DNA of 64,000 nucleotides from Lepidodermella squamata (taxonomy: Eukaryota > Animalia > Gastrotricha). The translations under genes and the position numbers were made by a program. The stretch spans positions 3,782,001-3,846,000 of the forward strand of contig JBLDXI010000029.1 in NCBI GenBank assembly GCA_047495785.1, in the 5' to 3' direction. Below, piece by piece: positions 10,568 to 21,123 of this stretch. The notes under the pieces were generated by a model, which was not told the DNA's origin, did not search any database, and saw nothing but the letters and a program-made list of their open reading frames with translations. Each line of letters opens with the position of its first letter. The stretch's first letter is position 1.

Positions 10568-11548
10568 TCAGAGCTGCTTAACATCGCACGAAGTTGTAAT
10601 TACAACAGCTGATTCAGATTTTTTAATCAGTGGTTCGTTGTTATTTCCCGAAGAAATCTCCTCATTGGAGCTCTCGCCAGATTTAGCAGCATTCCTCGCC
10701 GGTGATAGTTGATTCGCCACTTTACGAAAATGGATGCACCTGAAAATCGCAAAAACAAGAGCACCAGCGCTGAGAAGCAACAGTACGGCCAATACACCTA
10801 AGGTCACTGATAACGGCTGGATTCTCAATTGATTCCCAGGTCCATTTTCCGCCGGGCCATTTCGCGTTGGCTCAACTTTAACAGGAGTTATTTGGGCAGA
10901 TCGAGTTTCAGGCTTGATGTGGCAGTAGTACTGAAGCACCTTTTCCTGGCCATTGTTCGCCGACCGGCCAGCCCCGTACCATTTCGCCTGGTAACCAGGT
11001 GGGCAGGTAAAATCGCCAGTCACAGGGTTAGGAACATCATCGGATATTGAATTGCCTTCCCGTTGAATCTGGTAGAAACCGCCCAGCTCAGATCCGTTGA
11101 AGAACACGAAGCAAATCGATTGTTTACACGTAACGGGCCGAATGTAGCGATCCTCACTGTCGAGAAAACTCGGCGATAATAGGTTGAAAACGATGGTCTC
11201 ATAGCCAAGCGGGCATGTGAAGGCGTTTGTGACTGGGTTCATCGCTTCAATGGTCGGTAGCTTGCCGTATTTCTCATCGCATTTGAAGAACATCCCGCCA
11301 AACGGGTCGAAGCCTCGTGTCTTAGCGAGGCATAAATGCGTCTCTAAGATTTCTTCCTGGTAGTCCGAAACAGGACTCGCGACCAGGAAATCGGTGGCGT
11401 TATCTGGGCAGTAGGCGTTTTTGTCGTCAAACGTGTTGGCGATCAAAGCGCCGCGGCGATACGAGTACAAGCCGCGGAAGCTTGTTGCCTCGCTGCCTGG
11501 CAGAACTAAGCACCATAATAAAAGAAATGCCGGACGTAGGGGTGTCAT
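10568..11548 (-). CDS. Type I membrane protein with an MPEG1 P2-like ectodomain and short tail (kinase-less paralog of the RTK at 31918-34097)
   Basis: Likely ATG 11548 (signal peptide MTPLRPAFLLLWCLVLPGSEA). Repeats FGGMFF..NPVTNAFTCPLGY and LGGFYQ..NPVTGDFTCPPGY; TM LSVTLGVLAVLLLLSAGALVFAIF; cytoplasmic tail of about 57 aa. Confidence 0.8.
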   Translation of the reverse strand: MTPLRPAFLLLWCLVLPGSEATSFRGLYSYRRGALIANTFDDKNAYCPDNATDFLVASPVSDYQEEILETHLCLAKTRGFDPFGGMFFKCDEKYGKLPTIEAMNPVTNAFTCPLGYETIVFNLLSPSFLDSEDRYIRPVTCKQSICFVFFNGSELGGFYQIQREGNSISDDVPNPVTGDFTCPPGYQAKWYGAGRSANNGQEKVLQYYCHIKPETRSAQITPVKVEPTRNGPAENGPGNQLRIQPLSVTLGVLAVLLLLSAGALVFAIFRCIHFRKVANQLSPARNAAKSGESSNEEISSGNNNEPLIKKSESAVVITTSCDVKQL

Positions 11549-12497
11549 TGTTCCGTAACCATTGCAGCTCCTGAGTCTTGCATTAACTTGGCGCCGTATT
11601 ATACTTAGAGCCTGAATGCTTGTTGTCAAGTATCTGGCTTATTCACTATGGTCAGCAAGCGTATCGCGTCAACAGCCTCGTAAATTAGACCTATTAGTGA
11701 AGGGCAAAATAATCTTTCAAGGCATAAAACAATCAAATTCAGCCTGGTTTTTTTGAATATACCTCTGGGAAAAATTATTATAAAAACAAGGCTTGAGCGT
11801 TTTATTGAAGAGCAGAATCATTTCTAACCACAATCTTAAAATAGGATTAATTGAATGGAATTAGGGAGAGACACGGCGTTTCCCTGAGACTCAATGTGAA
11901 AGACCTCTGATTTTTCTCTGATGGAACCAGACATGATTGAAAATGAAATAAAATTGATTGTTTTTGACCTTGTTGAACACAATAATTGTTTCAAGTATCG
12001 TAGTTAAATCCCATTTATCGATTTCATGTCACTGCGTCTATTATCAAGCTTTTGATAGGTAAAGTAGCACCAAGTACTGGCCGTGCCGTTTTTTATTCTA
12101 AAAATTGAATGAATATGTGGGCGTGCTTTGATTTTCGAGTATCACGAAATATCAATTAACCATTTTTTATTGACCATCTCAGTGCAAATATCGATCGGAT
12201 ATAACCAAAAAAAGGCTCGAACTCCGAAATTTCATTTTTTCGAATTCACTACTCCTCTTTGCCAAAAAAAGAATTCGATAACAAAACAATTGCTTTGTCC
12301 GATAAAAAAAAATTCCAGCTTAAAACGTTTGTATTGTGAACCTTGTTCTTTGCTTGTTTTGCCGAGAAGTACACGGGATACAGTAGTTTTTATGCCGCGC
12401 TCGGTTAAGCACGAATGTATTACACAAGCTACGGTGAGCATTAAGTGATAAAAAAAAGTGAAAGCCAGAGCAACAAAATTACGCATATAATGAAAAT

Positions 12498-14692
12498 ATG
12501 TTACAAAAGCTAAAGCATGTAGCTAAAGCAAGATTTCGTTTGCTTGTTCTACTATTCGTAAGCCTCGCACTTCTCGTCATCATTCTAGCTGTAATAAACA
12601 CTTTCTACATCGAGTATGTTGGAGCTCTTTATCGCAAAATCACCAGCGGTTCTGACTCGCAATCTACGGCAGTTATTTGCCATGACCAGAACGCTCTGAA
12701 CGAGCAAAGGCGAAAATTTACCTATCAAGGATGTGGCTCAATTGATAGATGGTTTGACAGCAGGGTCCAAACAAGGGAAAAGGACGTGGAAAATGCCAGC
12801 CGACTAATTGAAAAGACTCATCTACCGCGAATCGTTCATTTCTACAGAAACTCACGACCATTCCCGGATAAATTCACCTTTAAGGTAGACTTTTCACAAT
12901 GTCCCACATTTTCTTAAACATAGTGTTTCTAGAATTTCATCAGCATTCTGAGCGCTTACAGATTTTTGGAGCCTGATAAGATTATCTTGCATTTATCTGC
13001 GATTCCGGACCCTGATGCTGGGCTGTATCATCACTGGTGGCAGGAAGTTCTAGATTCCTTACCTTTTCTTGAGGTGAGATACATCGGGAAATTTGCGACT
13101 CATTTTGACGAATTGAGTGTAACCCAACGAGAAATTCGGTTGCTAGCCGAGGGTGGTATCATTGTGCCTCTCGAAGGCATCATTTTCAATGGCGGCGCCT
13201 GGCCTGCTGGGGATTACTCGAAAAAACTAATGGCGGACGAAGTCGAAATGCTCAAAAATTCAAGCAAGGTTTACATAATGAACGGTCTAGACACTGCAGC
13301 GATTTCATGCGAAGACTACCAACCGATTGAGAAGAGAAATGCCACTAACGGAAGTCTGTATGGTGAGAACAGGAATGATGGTCCGATCGATTCGCCATGT
13401 TATTCAGTCCCCAGTGGCGTTGAGTTTTACCCGGTGGATATCATGACAGGCGATGAAGACTTTGCTCAATTAGTTCGATATATTTTCTACTCGAATCGAA
13501 GAGAGATGTTACCTCGACCGGCCGAGCATACTAAGAATCTCACGGTACCATTGATATGCCATTATGTCTGGATTTATGGCTCACAACTCGAATTTGACGC
13601 TTATCTCAGCATGCTGAGTTGTCTTTACATCGCCAAGTAAGCTTTGAACCCTTATTTCCATCAAAATCATGAAAAATGTGCTCAGGGCGGATGTTTATGT
13701 TCACGGATCAATGCCCCCATCTGGCATAAGATGGGAGAGACTTAAGGAGAAAGCCGGGTCGAGATTGAAATTTATCAAAACCTACCTGCCTAATCAAGCT
13801 TATGGAAATATGGTAAATCATCCAGCTCATATAAGCGACGTTTGGCGAGTTGAAGCGTTGTTGCGGTACGGCGGCATTTACATCGACTGGGACGCGATTT
13901 TTCTCAAGCCATTAGATGAAGACATGTTGAAACGCGATGCTGTAGTCAATTTCGACATCGTTTCATACCCTGACTATCCAGATGTGATCAGTAACGCAGT
14001 TTTGCTGGCGAAACCGGGCTCGCGATACTTTCAACAAGTTCAGGTTAGAAAACGCCTAATTTTTTACTTTTTAGGGAATTTTGGCCTTGGGATAATTTTC
14101 GAGAGGGAGGAGAATAAGAATAAGGCTAATTTTATTTCAATTCTTCTATAATTAATTTTCAAATTTTATTTATTTTTTTTTAATTTTTTAATTTCAAATT
14201 TTTAATTAATGTTGAATTAATTCCAAGATTCATTTTTTTTAAATTTTTAATGTTACTTTATGTCAATTTCAGAAATCGATGAAAAATTTCAACACCTTCC
14301 AGCCAACTGACAATAGATTGTTGGGCCATTTCTACAATTCGCTGTTCATGTATTACAAAGTTTACGAATGTTACCCAGAGGACGTTTACATCGACCCTCG
14401 GCTGCAGGTCATATGCTGCTGCGATCGGCGGTGCCATCCTTCATGGAAGCCGAATTACAAATTGGGCCGACCTGATGCAAATTGGAATTTCGATGTTGAT
14501 AAAGAACATGCTTACGTCATGCACAACACTTATCCGACGCCGGAGGAGTTCCGATCTGAAGAGTCGCTGCTGAAATACCCTGATAATTCGACCATGTATT
14601 ACCGGATCGCGATGAAAGTGCTTTCGCATGCAAATATTGATATTCTAACTTTGGTTATACCATCGAATACGTCCACGACCATAAAGCCCTAA
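12498..14692 (+). CDS. GT32-family (DXD, alpha-1,4-GlcNAc/Gal transferase-like) type II membrane glycosyltransferase, 4 exons
   Basis: N-terminal TM; VPLICHYVW and ISDVWRVEALLRYGGIYIDWDAIFLKP. Exons about 12498-12884, 12933-13636, 13686-14043 and 14273-14692 with GT-AG borders. Confidence 0.85.
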
Positions 14693-14718
14693 AATCTATA
14701 TTAAAGATTAAATCAAAC

Positions 14719-15876
14719 ATGAAATTTCACTGGTTAGCCATTTTTCTAGCTGAATATGCAGCTGCGAAAGTTCTGACGAGAGCTGACGAATTCTTTGAAG
14801 CATGCCCTAATGTGAGGCAAGAAGTTTATAGCCCTGGTTGTTCGATTGGGCAGGTGGAGAGCGCGGCATCAGGCCGTAATACGGCAATCTGTGACCAGAC
14901 ACCAATTGCAGCAAAATTTTATGCCAGCCGTTTTCACAGAATCGACGAGCCAGCTGAAACGTTCACTGTAGCTGGGTCTCTGAGACTTGAATGGCCTTTA
15001 ACCTGCAGAGATTTCAACAACACTGGAATAGATGAATATTCCCTCAAGTTGAATGAAGACCGATTTTGGACGCCTGGCGTCTACCACAGTAACACGATTG
15101 ACAACTTCGGGATGAGTGGGGATACATTCACGAGCCGCTTTATGGCCTTCTTCAACCTGAATACCTCTGATTTTCGAATTCTTTGGCAAAAATATGGAAT
15201 TTTTTCTTCGTCATGCTCTATGGACTTTGAGAATTTCCCATTTGATGAGCAATCGTGCAGTATCGAATTTTGCCTTCAGGAGAACCGAAATGCAGCAACG
15301 CTTGTTATAGGGGACGGAATACAGATCCTTGGCGGTTTCATGTCACCCAGCAGCAACTGGCAGGTTGTCAATTCCTCGACCCGCACTGATGCTGTGACTT
15401 TCAGTGGAGACAGGGGAAATATTGTATTTTCTATCAAATTCCGGCGTAGACCGGACTTTTACGTTGTTGCGCTTATTCTGCCATGCTTTTTCCTATCAAC
15501 TCTAGAAATCGGTTCAGTCATGATGGAGCCAAAAATGGCTGATCGGCCTGTTTTTGCTGTCACCCTCCTCCTAGCGTTTGTGTTCCTGCAAAGTGAAATT
15601 TTGCAATGGATACCGCCTAAACCTGATCGCTGCTTCCTCAGGACATATACGAACCTTTGCGCTTTGTTCGCTTGGATGAACACGGTGTACACTCTGGTTA
15701 CATTATGCATCGCCCGTTCGAGCATAACCATTGCAAAGTCGACTTATCAAGTATTTTCGCTATCGATAAGCGCCTTACGGATCGTCGATATAGTCGCAGT
15801 AACTCTGGGAAGTCTCTTCCTCATTTCTATAAATTCTATCGCGATCGACACCGCTAAAAAGAGCGAGTATCTGTAA
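14719..15876 (+). CDS. Intronless atypical Cys-loop ligand-gated ion channel subunit, copy 1
   Basis: Signal peptide, FWTPG (loop A), Cys-loop CSMDFENFPFDEQSC, pre-M1 RRRPDFYVVALILPC, four TM segments, very short M3-M4 loop. Confidence 0.9.
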   Translation: MKFHWLAIFLAEYAAAKVLTRADEFFEACPNVRQEVYSPGCSIGQVESAASGRNTAICDQTPIAAKFYASRFHRIDEPAETFTVAGSLRLEWPLTCRDFNNTGIDEYSLKLNEDRFWTPGVYHSNTIDNFGMSGDTFTSRFMAFFNLNTSDFRILWQKYGIFSSSCSMDFENFPFDEQSCSIEFCLQENRNAATLVIGDGIQILGGFMSPSSNWQVVNSSTRTDAVTFSGDRGNIVFSIKFRRRPDFYVVALILPCFFLSTLEIGSVMMEPKMADRPVFAVTLLLAFVFLQSEILQWIPPKPDRCFLRTYTNLCALFAWMNTVYTLVTLCIARSSITIAKSTYQVFSLSISALRIVDIVAVTLGSLFLISINSIAIDTAKKSEYL

Positions 15877-16398
15877 GAATTCGCCTGAATTGTATTCTAA
15901 ACAGACTACATTACAAATTAAAAAAACGTGTATATATTTTCAAATAATCCTAAGAAGTTTATGGTTAATAATAATTTTGCTTTGGTTGTTTTGACTCCCG
16001 TTATTCACTGAGACTTCTTTAACTTTCAGGATTTGAATTGGTTAAAATTGCCACTAAGCGGCCTTTGAGGCATGAAGGTGAAAATGATTCCTATGTCTCG
16101 TTCTAAGATTACGTTTTAGCCTACGACATCTCGTGGGCCTTTGCCGTCAACCTGGCATGTCAACTTGTCTACTGGTATGCCACCTGCCTCCGTTCTTGGC
16201 GATAATTCTTGGCGACACTGTTTCTGGGTAACGAAGAACTAAGTGAGCCTCAGGGGAGCCTTTTGAGATCGAATCGCGTCTGTTTTCGATCGAAAAGTGA
16301 TGGTACTAAAGGGCGTCTCAAGCTAACCCTACTGAGTGCGCGTGTCATATTGCTAATCTTTCAACCTATATCAAGGCATACAGTGCATGATTTTTTAA

Positions 16399-17706
16399 TT
16401 AACGATATAGCAAGCTAATCAAAATAAGGACATAAAATGCCACATGGCTAATTAACTGTCCTTCTGCACTATTTGGAGTCGTATTCGCTTGAGTAGTCTT
16501 AGGAGGTGGCGTTGTACCCTCATAGCTAGTACCAAACGCATAGACATAACCATCAGAACCCTGCGCATAGAACACTCCAGCCGAAAATGCCCATTTGTTA
16601 CTAAAGGAAACAGAGTCATCGCCAACTGCGATATTCGCAGCCAAACTACCATCAACTTTATCGTAAATCGCAAACCCGGTATAACCCTGCGCGATAATAT
16701 AATCGTCCAGGACAATAGGGTTACAATCAGGTGGTGCATCGGAAAGCGGTATCCTGAAAGTAGTAACTGAATCCCCGGTTTTAATGTCATGCTTTGCTAT
16801 AACGACATGGTCGGCCGGTTTACATTTCCGGTAGACGAATTCATTGTCTGTAACAGCTACCAAAAAGTCATCGCTGCTAGTCGATGCGGTCCATTTAACA
16901 GTTTTACTGTCGATATCAACAGCAACCATTTGAGTATTTTTCCTGGTTATTGCGACATTACCAGAAATCATAGGCCCGTGATTGAGGTCGGCGTTTTCTA
17001 GTGGGAAATCGATATTCCACCATCTGTTACCATTCTTCGTCGCATCAAACTCGGCGATCGCTTCGGTTGTAGTGCTCATCGTCAACCCGATCAATCGATT
17101 ATCATTTGAGAGGGAAAGGTAATAAGGAATGTCCAGGGAATTGACTCCATATGAAGATCTCGTCTCCCCAGTTAGGAAGTCTAGGGCGACAAGCTGGCCA
17201 TTATTCTCGTCAGTTGAAAACCCAACAACAAGGTCTTTCAGCCCAGTAATTGGGATAATGTCGTAGAGATCACCGGCCAGTTTCCGTGACCAAAGAATAG
17301 TCTCCTTCCCGACCTCGAGGCTAATCCCGAAAACCTGTCCGTCGCCATTTGCAAGGAACATAAGTTTGTTCTGCGGCTCCATCACCTGTTTCGAGGCTGA
17401 GAAATCCGTTAGGATTGTGAAATTTTTGATCAGTTGGCCAGTTTTTGCGTCGATAATTGCTAGATTTCCATCGCCTGTGTTGACGTACAATTTCTGGTTG
17501 AAGACAAGAATTCCACTCAAGCTTTTGCGTGTAGTTTCTAGTTGCGTTTTCCAAAGGATATCGATTTTGTTGACGTAACCCAGTGAGTAGGGCTTGTAAC
17601 CAGTGTGGCTGTAGTCGCCCCCATCAGCTATCCAATCATCCACAGATGCACTAGCATGTAGCACTGAAGCTACTAAGAAAATGGCGGAAACAAGAATTTG
17701 TCTCAT
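16399..17706 (-). CDS. Secreted PQQ/BamB-like beta-propeller with a probable GPI signal, intronless
   Basis: Signal peptide, WIADGGDYSHTGY, repeated A-(L/I)-D-x-x-T-G..W propeller motifs, terminal DGYVYAFG, Thr/Pro stalk and hydrophobic C-terminus after NSA. Confidence 0.75.
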   Translation of the reverse strand: MRQILVSAIFLVASVLHASASVDDWIADGGDYSHTGYKPYSLGYVNKIDILWKTQLETTRKSLSGILVFNQKLYVNTGDGNLAIIDAKTGQLIKNFTILTDFSASKQVMEPQNKLMFLANGDGQVFGISLEVGKETILWSRKLAGDLYDIIPITGLKDLVVGFSTDENNGQLVALDFLTGETRSSYGVNSLDIPYYLSLSNDNRLIGLTMSTTTEAIAEFDATKNGNRWWNIDFPLENADLNHGPMISGNVAITRKNTQMVAVDIDSKTVKWTASTSSDDFLVAVTDNEFVYRKCKPADHVVIAKHDIKTGDSVTTFRIPLSDAPPDCNPIVLDDYIIAQGYTGFAIYDKVDGSLAANIAVGDDSVSFSNKWAFSAGVFYAQGSDGYVYAFGTSYEGTTPPPKTTQANTTPNSAEGQLISHVAFYVLILISLLYR

Positions 17707-17901
17707 TTTTGGTGAAAATGCTCTTTATTGCAATTACTTATATACAGGAAAATAATCGCTTTTGGCGCAATGCTATCAAATCTTATCTCGATTAAGATAG
17801 CGGAAATGCTACGCATTAAAATAACGAATGCTCTAGATACGGTCACTTTTTTTGAAGAATTTACCAACTCTTGTACGCGAATTTATTCATGAATTTCATT
17901 A

Positions 17902-17999
17902 CCGTAAATAGTATTCGAATTCAAGCCCAGGCGGCATCTCTTTGCCGGCTCTTTGATGTTCTTTTATTGCCCCTTGGGCTTGAATTTCGGAATTTACGG
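17902..17999. mobile_element. Short Tc1/pogo-like MITE
   Basis: CCGTAAAT..GAATTCAAGCCC and GGGCTTGAATT..ATTTACGG termini, TA on both sides. Confidence 0.55.
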
Positions 18000-19060
18000 T
18001 AATTGTTTAATAATTCAAGTGGTAAATGCTCTTTTTTGGGACAGAGTTCAGAGCAAGCTAAATTTCCATACTGAACACTGAACACATATATTTAGATTTT
18101 AGATCAGAATAAGACGTGCAATTTTAATTTCTTTAAATAACCCCCTTCGTAGTCACTGTCCAAAGGATTCTAGTCCCAAATCGAGTATTCAGTAATCACT
18201 TTGCTTGGATCACATACTATCAGGTAAAAAGTAAACCACAGTCCGGAATAGTTCCGAATATTTACGACCAGGGACAAAGCTCCAAATTGGTAGCGTGTGA
18301 AGAGACTCTGTGCTCAAAGTTCAAAGCGCGTTGTACCCGGCGACAGGCGATCCTACTTTTAGGTCATGAGGCACAACATGGTTTAATGGTTTATGGTCCC
18401 TGGGCCATTCAACAGGTCACACAAAACAGAGAGCTGGTTTTGCATGCGGGTAGAGGCATTTGAGGACTCTAAGCCATAATCGCGGCATGCGACACCAAGC
18501 GATGCTCAAATCCAGTGTACGAAGTAGGATCCTCGATCCTCGAGGGGTACTTTATCTGGTAATTTATCTGACCCCTGTGGTTTTTGGGGGTTTTCTTACC
18601 TGGACCTCACAAGGTGGTGGGTACCGTACCCTCCGGTACTTCGCACCACTGCTCAAATCCGATAAGGATTTGGCTAGTAAGGTCTCGTGTTGGCTTGTAG
18701 ACTAGTAATGGGCACTAAAATTATGAGTGCCGGCGAGTTGCGCTTTTCTTTTTTCCTTGATTTTAAGGATTGCAGTGAGAATTTGAGGTGATTTCAGTTC
18801 CCTTTTTTCGATTCATTGTTCAGGATTAAAATATGTTCACGACCGTTTGTTGCAAAAAAAGATGAAATGTGCCATTAAAAATGAACGATTGAGAATGAAG
18901 TTCTATTTTACACACCAGTCTGTGACCCACCCTTGAATCTTAATGATTCCATTTTGTTTGCAGAATTGATGTAAAATTGCATACTGCTCTCTCCCCATCT
19001 GAAAATACATTGCTTGTGCCATTTCCAAAATTTCGCTTCCCATGTCTTTTCCCCTCTGCC

Positions 19061-19450
19061 GCAGGTAAGCTTCGATCGACGGTGCCATCCTTCCTGAAAA
19101 AGCCCAATTAAAAGCTGGGCCAAACTTCTGCTAATTGGTTGTTTGAGGTGGACAAATAACAAGCTAACGTTATGCACTTAGCCACACTGGAAGAGTTGCG
19201 GTGCAATTGCTTTTGCACGCAGATATTGATAATCGAACACAGAGCTGGAAAACCAGCAGAAATGACGGCCCAGGTGCGTGGAACATTTTGGCTTAGGAAG
19301 CAGTCGAAAATTGAAGGAAATGGTTGTTTAGTAGGAAATTGCAAAATCGGTGCGTAGGAAATCCTGCAAAAGTTATCCAACTCTGATCGAACATTTGTTT
19401 TGGCATCATGGCATCGTTCATGAACTGCTACGAAATATCTATCAGAGGAT
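19061..19450 (+). pseudogene. Decayed copy of the GT32 last exon ahead of channel copy 2
   Basis: GCAGGT..CGATCGACGGTGCCATCCTTC..GCTAATTGG..GCTAACGTTATGCAC matches about 14403-14525, with stops and an internal insertion. Confidence 0.6.
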
Positions 19451-19460
19451 CAAATCAAAA

Positions 19461-20615
19461 ATGAAGCTTTGCTGGTTCGCGGTTTATCTGGTTAAATTCG
19501 TTGCTTCCGAAGTTCGAACGAAAGCTGACGAATTCTTTGAAGCATGCCCTAATGTGAGGCAAGAAGTTTATAGTCCTGGTTGTTCGATTCGGCAGGTGGA
19601 GGATGCGAAAGCAGGCCACATTACGACAATATGTAATCAGACAAGAATCGCAGCGAAATTTTTCCCCAGCCGTTTTCACAGAATCGACGAGCCAGCCGAA
19701 ACGTTCACTATAGCTGGGTCTCTGAGGCTTCAATGGCATATCAATTGCACAGATTTCAAACCTGGGTCGGATGATTATTCCTTCAAGATAAATGAGGACC
19801 AATTTTGGACGCCTGGCATCTACCACAGTAATACGATTGACAACTTCGGGATGAGTGGGGATACATTCACGAGTCGTTTCATGGCTTTATACTTACCTAA
19901 TACTTCTGAGTTCGAATTTGTCTGGCAAAAATACGGGATTTATTCTTCGTCCTGCTCTATGGACTTTGAGAAGTTCCCTTTCGATGAGCAATCTTGTAGC
20001 ATCGAGTTTTGCCTTCAGGAGAACCGAATGGCAGCAACGCTTGCTATTATGGATGGAATCCAGATCCTCGGAGGTTTTATGTCACCTAGCAGCAACTGGC
20101 AGGTCAAAAACTCTTCGACTAGCACCGATGCGATAACTTTCAATGGAGACAGGGGAAATATTGTATTTTCTATCAAATTCCGGCGTAGACCGGACTTTTA
20201 CGTTGTTGCGCTTATTCTACCCTGCTTTTTCCTCTCGACTCTGGAAATCGGTGCAGTGATGATGGAGCCGAAAATGCCAGACAGGCCTGTTTTTGCTGTC
20301 ACCATTCTACTCGCGTTTATATTTCTGCAAAGCGAAATTTTGCATTGGATACCGGCCAAACCTGATGGATGCTTCCTTAGGACATATACCGATCTTTGCG
20401 CTTTATTCTCTTGGTTGATCACCGTTTACACTCTGGTCACAACATGCATCGCCCGCTCGAGCATAACCATTGCAAAGTCGAATTTTAAAGTCTATTCGTT
20501 ATCGATTAGCGCCTTACGGATCGTCGATATAGTCGCAGTAACTCTGGGGAGCCTCTTCCTCATTGCTTTAAATTCTATTGCGATCGACACCGCTAAAAAG
20601 AACGAGTATCTGTGA
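19461..20615 (+). CDS. Intronless atypical Cys-loop channel subunit, copy 2
   Basis: ATG 19461 (MKLCWFAV) by alignment to copy 1; CSMDFEKFPFDEQSC; four TM segments. Confidence 0.9.
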   Translation: MKLCWFAVYLVKFVASEVRTKADEFFEACPNVRQEVYSPGCSIRQVEDAKAGHITTICNQTRIAAKFFPSRFHRIDEPAETFTIAGSLRLQWHINCTDFKPGSDDYSFKINEDQFWTPGIYHSNTIDNFGMSGDTFTSRFMALYLPNTSEFEFVWQKYGIYSSSCSMDFEKFPFDEQSCSIEFCLQENRMAATLAIMDGIQILGGFMSPSSNWQVKNSSTSTDAITFNGDRGNIVFSIKFRRRPDFYVVALILPCFFLSTLEIGAVMMEPKMPDRPVFAVTILLAFIFLQSEILHWIPAKPDGCFLRTYTDLCALFSWLITVYTLVTTCIARSSITIAKSNFKVYSLSISALRIVDIVAVTLGSLFLIALNSIAIDTAKKNEYL

Positions 20616-21123
20616 TCTGTGACCAGCCTAAATTTTATTCTGAACAGGCTACATCAAAAAAGCGTCTAATAATTCTAATTGTTTTCGAATAATCCTATAA
20701 AGTTTATGTTTACTAATCATTCGGCAATGGTTGTTTTACTCTCGCAGTGAGATCCGGGAGCAGAGGTGTTTTCTAGCATCCAGCCGAAGAAACGGAAGTA
20801 ACCAGTTTTATTTTCAAGAATTCAAAAAGTCTAGATTATTTCGCGAGTAATTTCGTAACCGTGCCGTTACGAAATTACGTTACGAAAGAGTTCAGCATAC
20901 CCTTCACCTAATCATGAATTACGGCATTTGTTAGGCAGGTTTCATGACAAGCCACTCATTAGAAATTGAAATCATATTCAGAAGTGTTACAGAGGGATTC
21001 GCAAAGGACTAAGTTGTAGCGCTCGATTGCGACGGATAAGAAAAGAAATGACCATGGAAAATTCTTGTAGAATTGTTGAAGTTGTATTAAAGATTAAAGT
21101 ATAGAAATGCGTCCTTAATGAAT

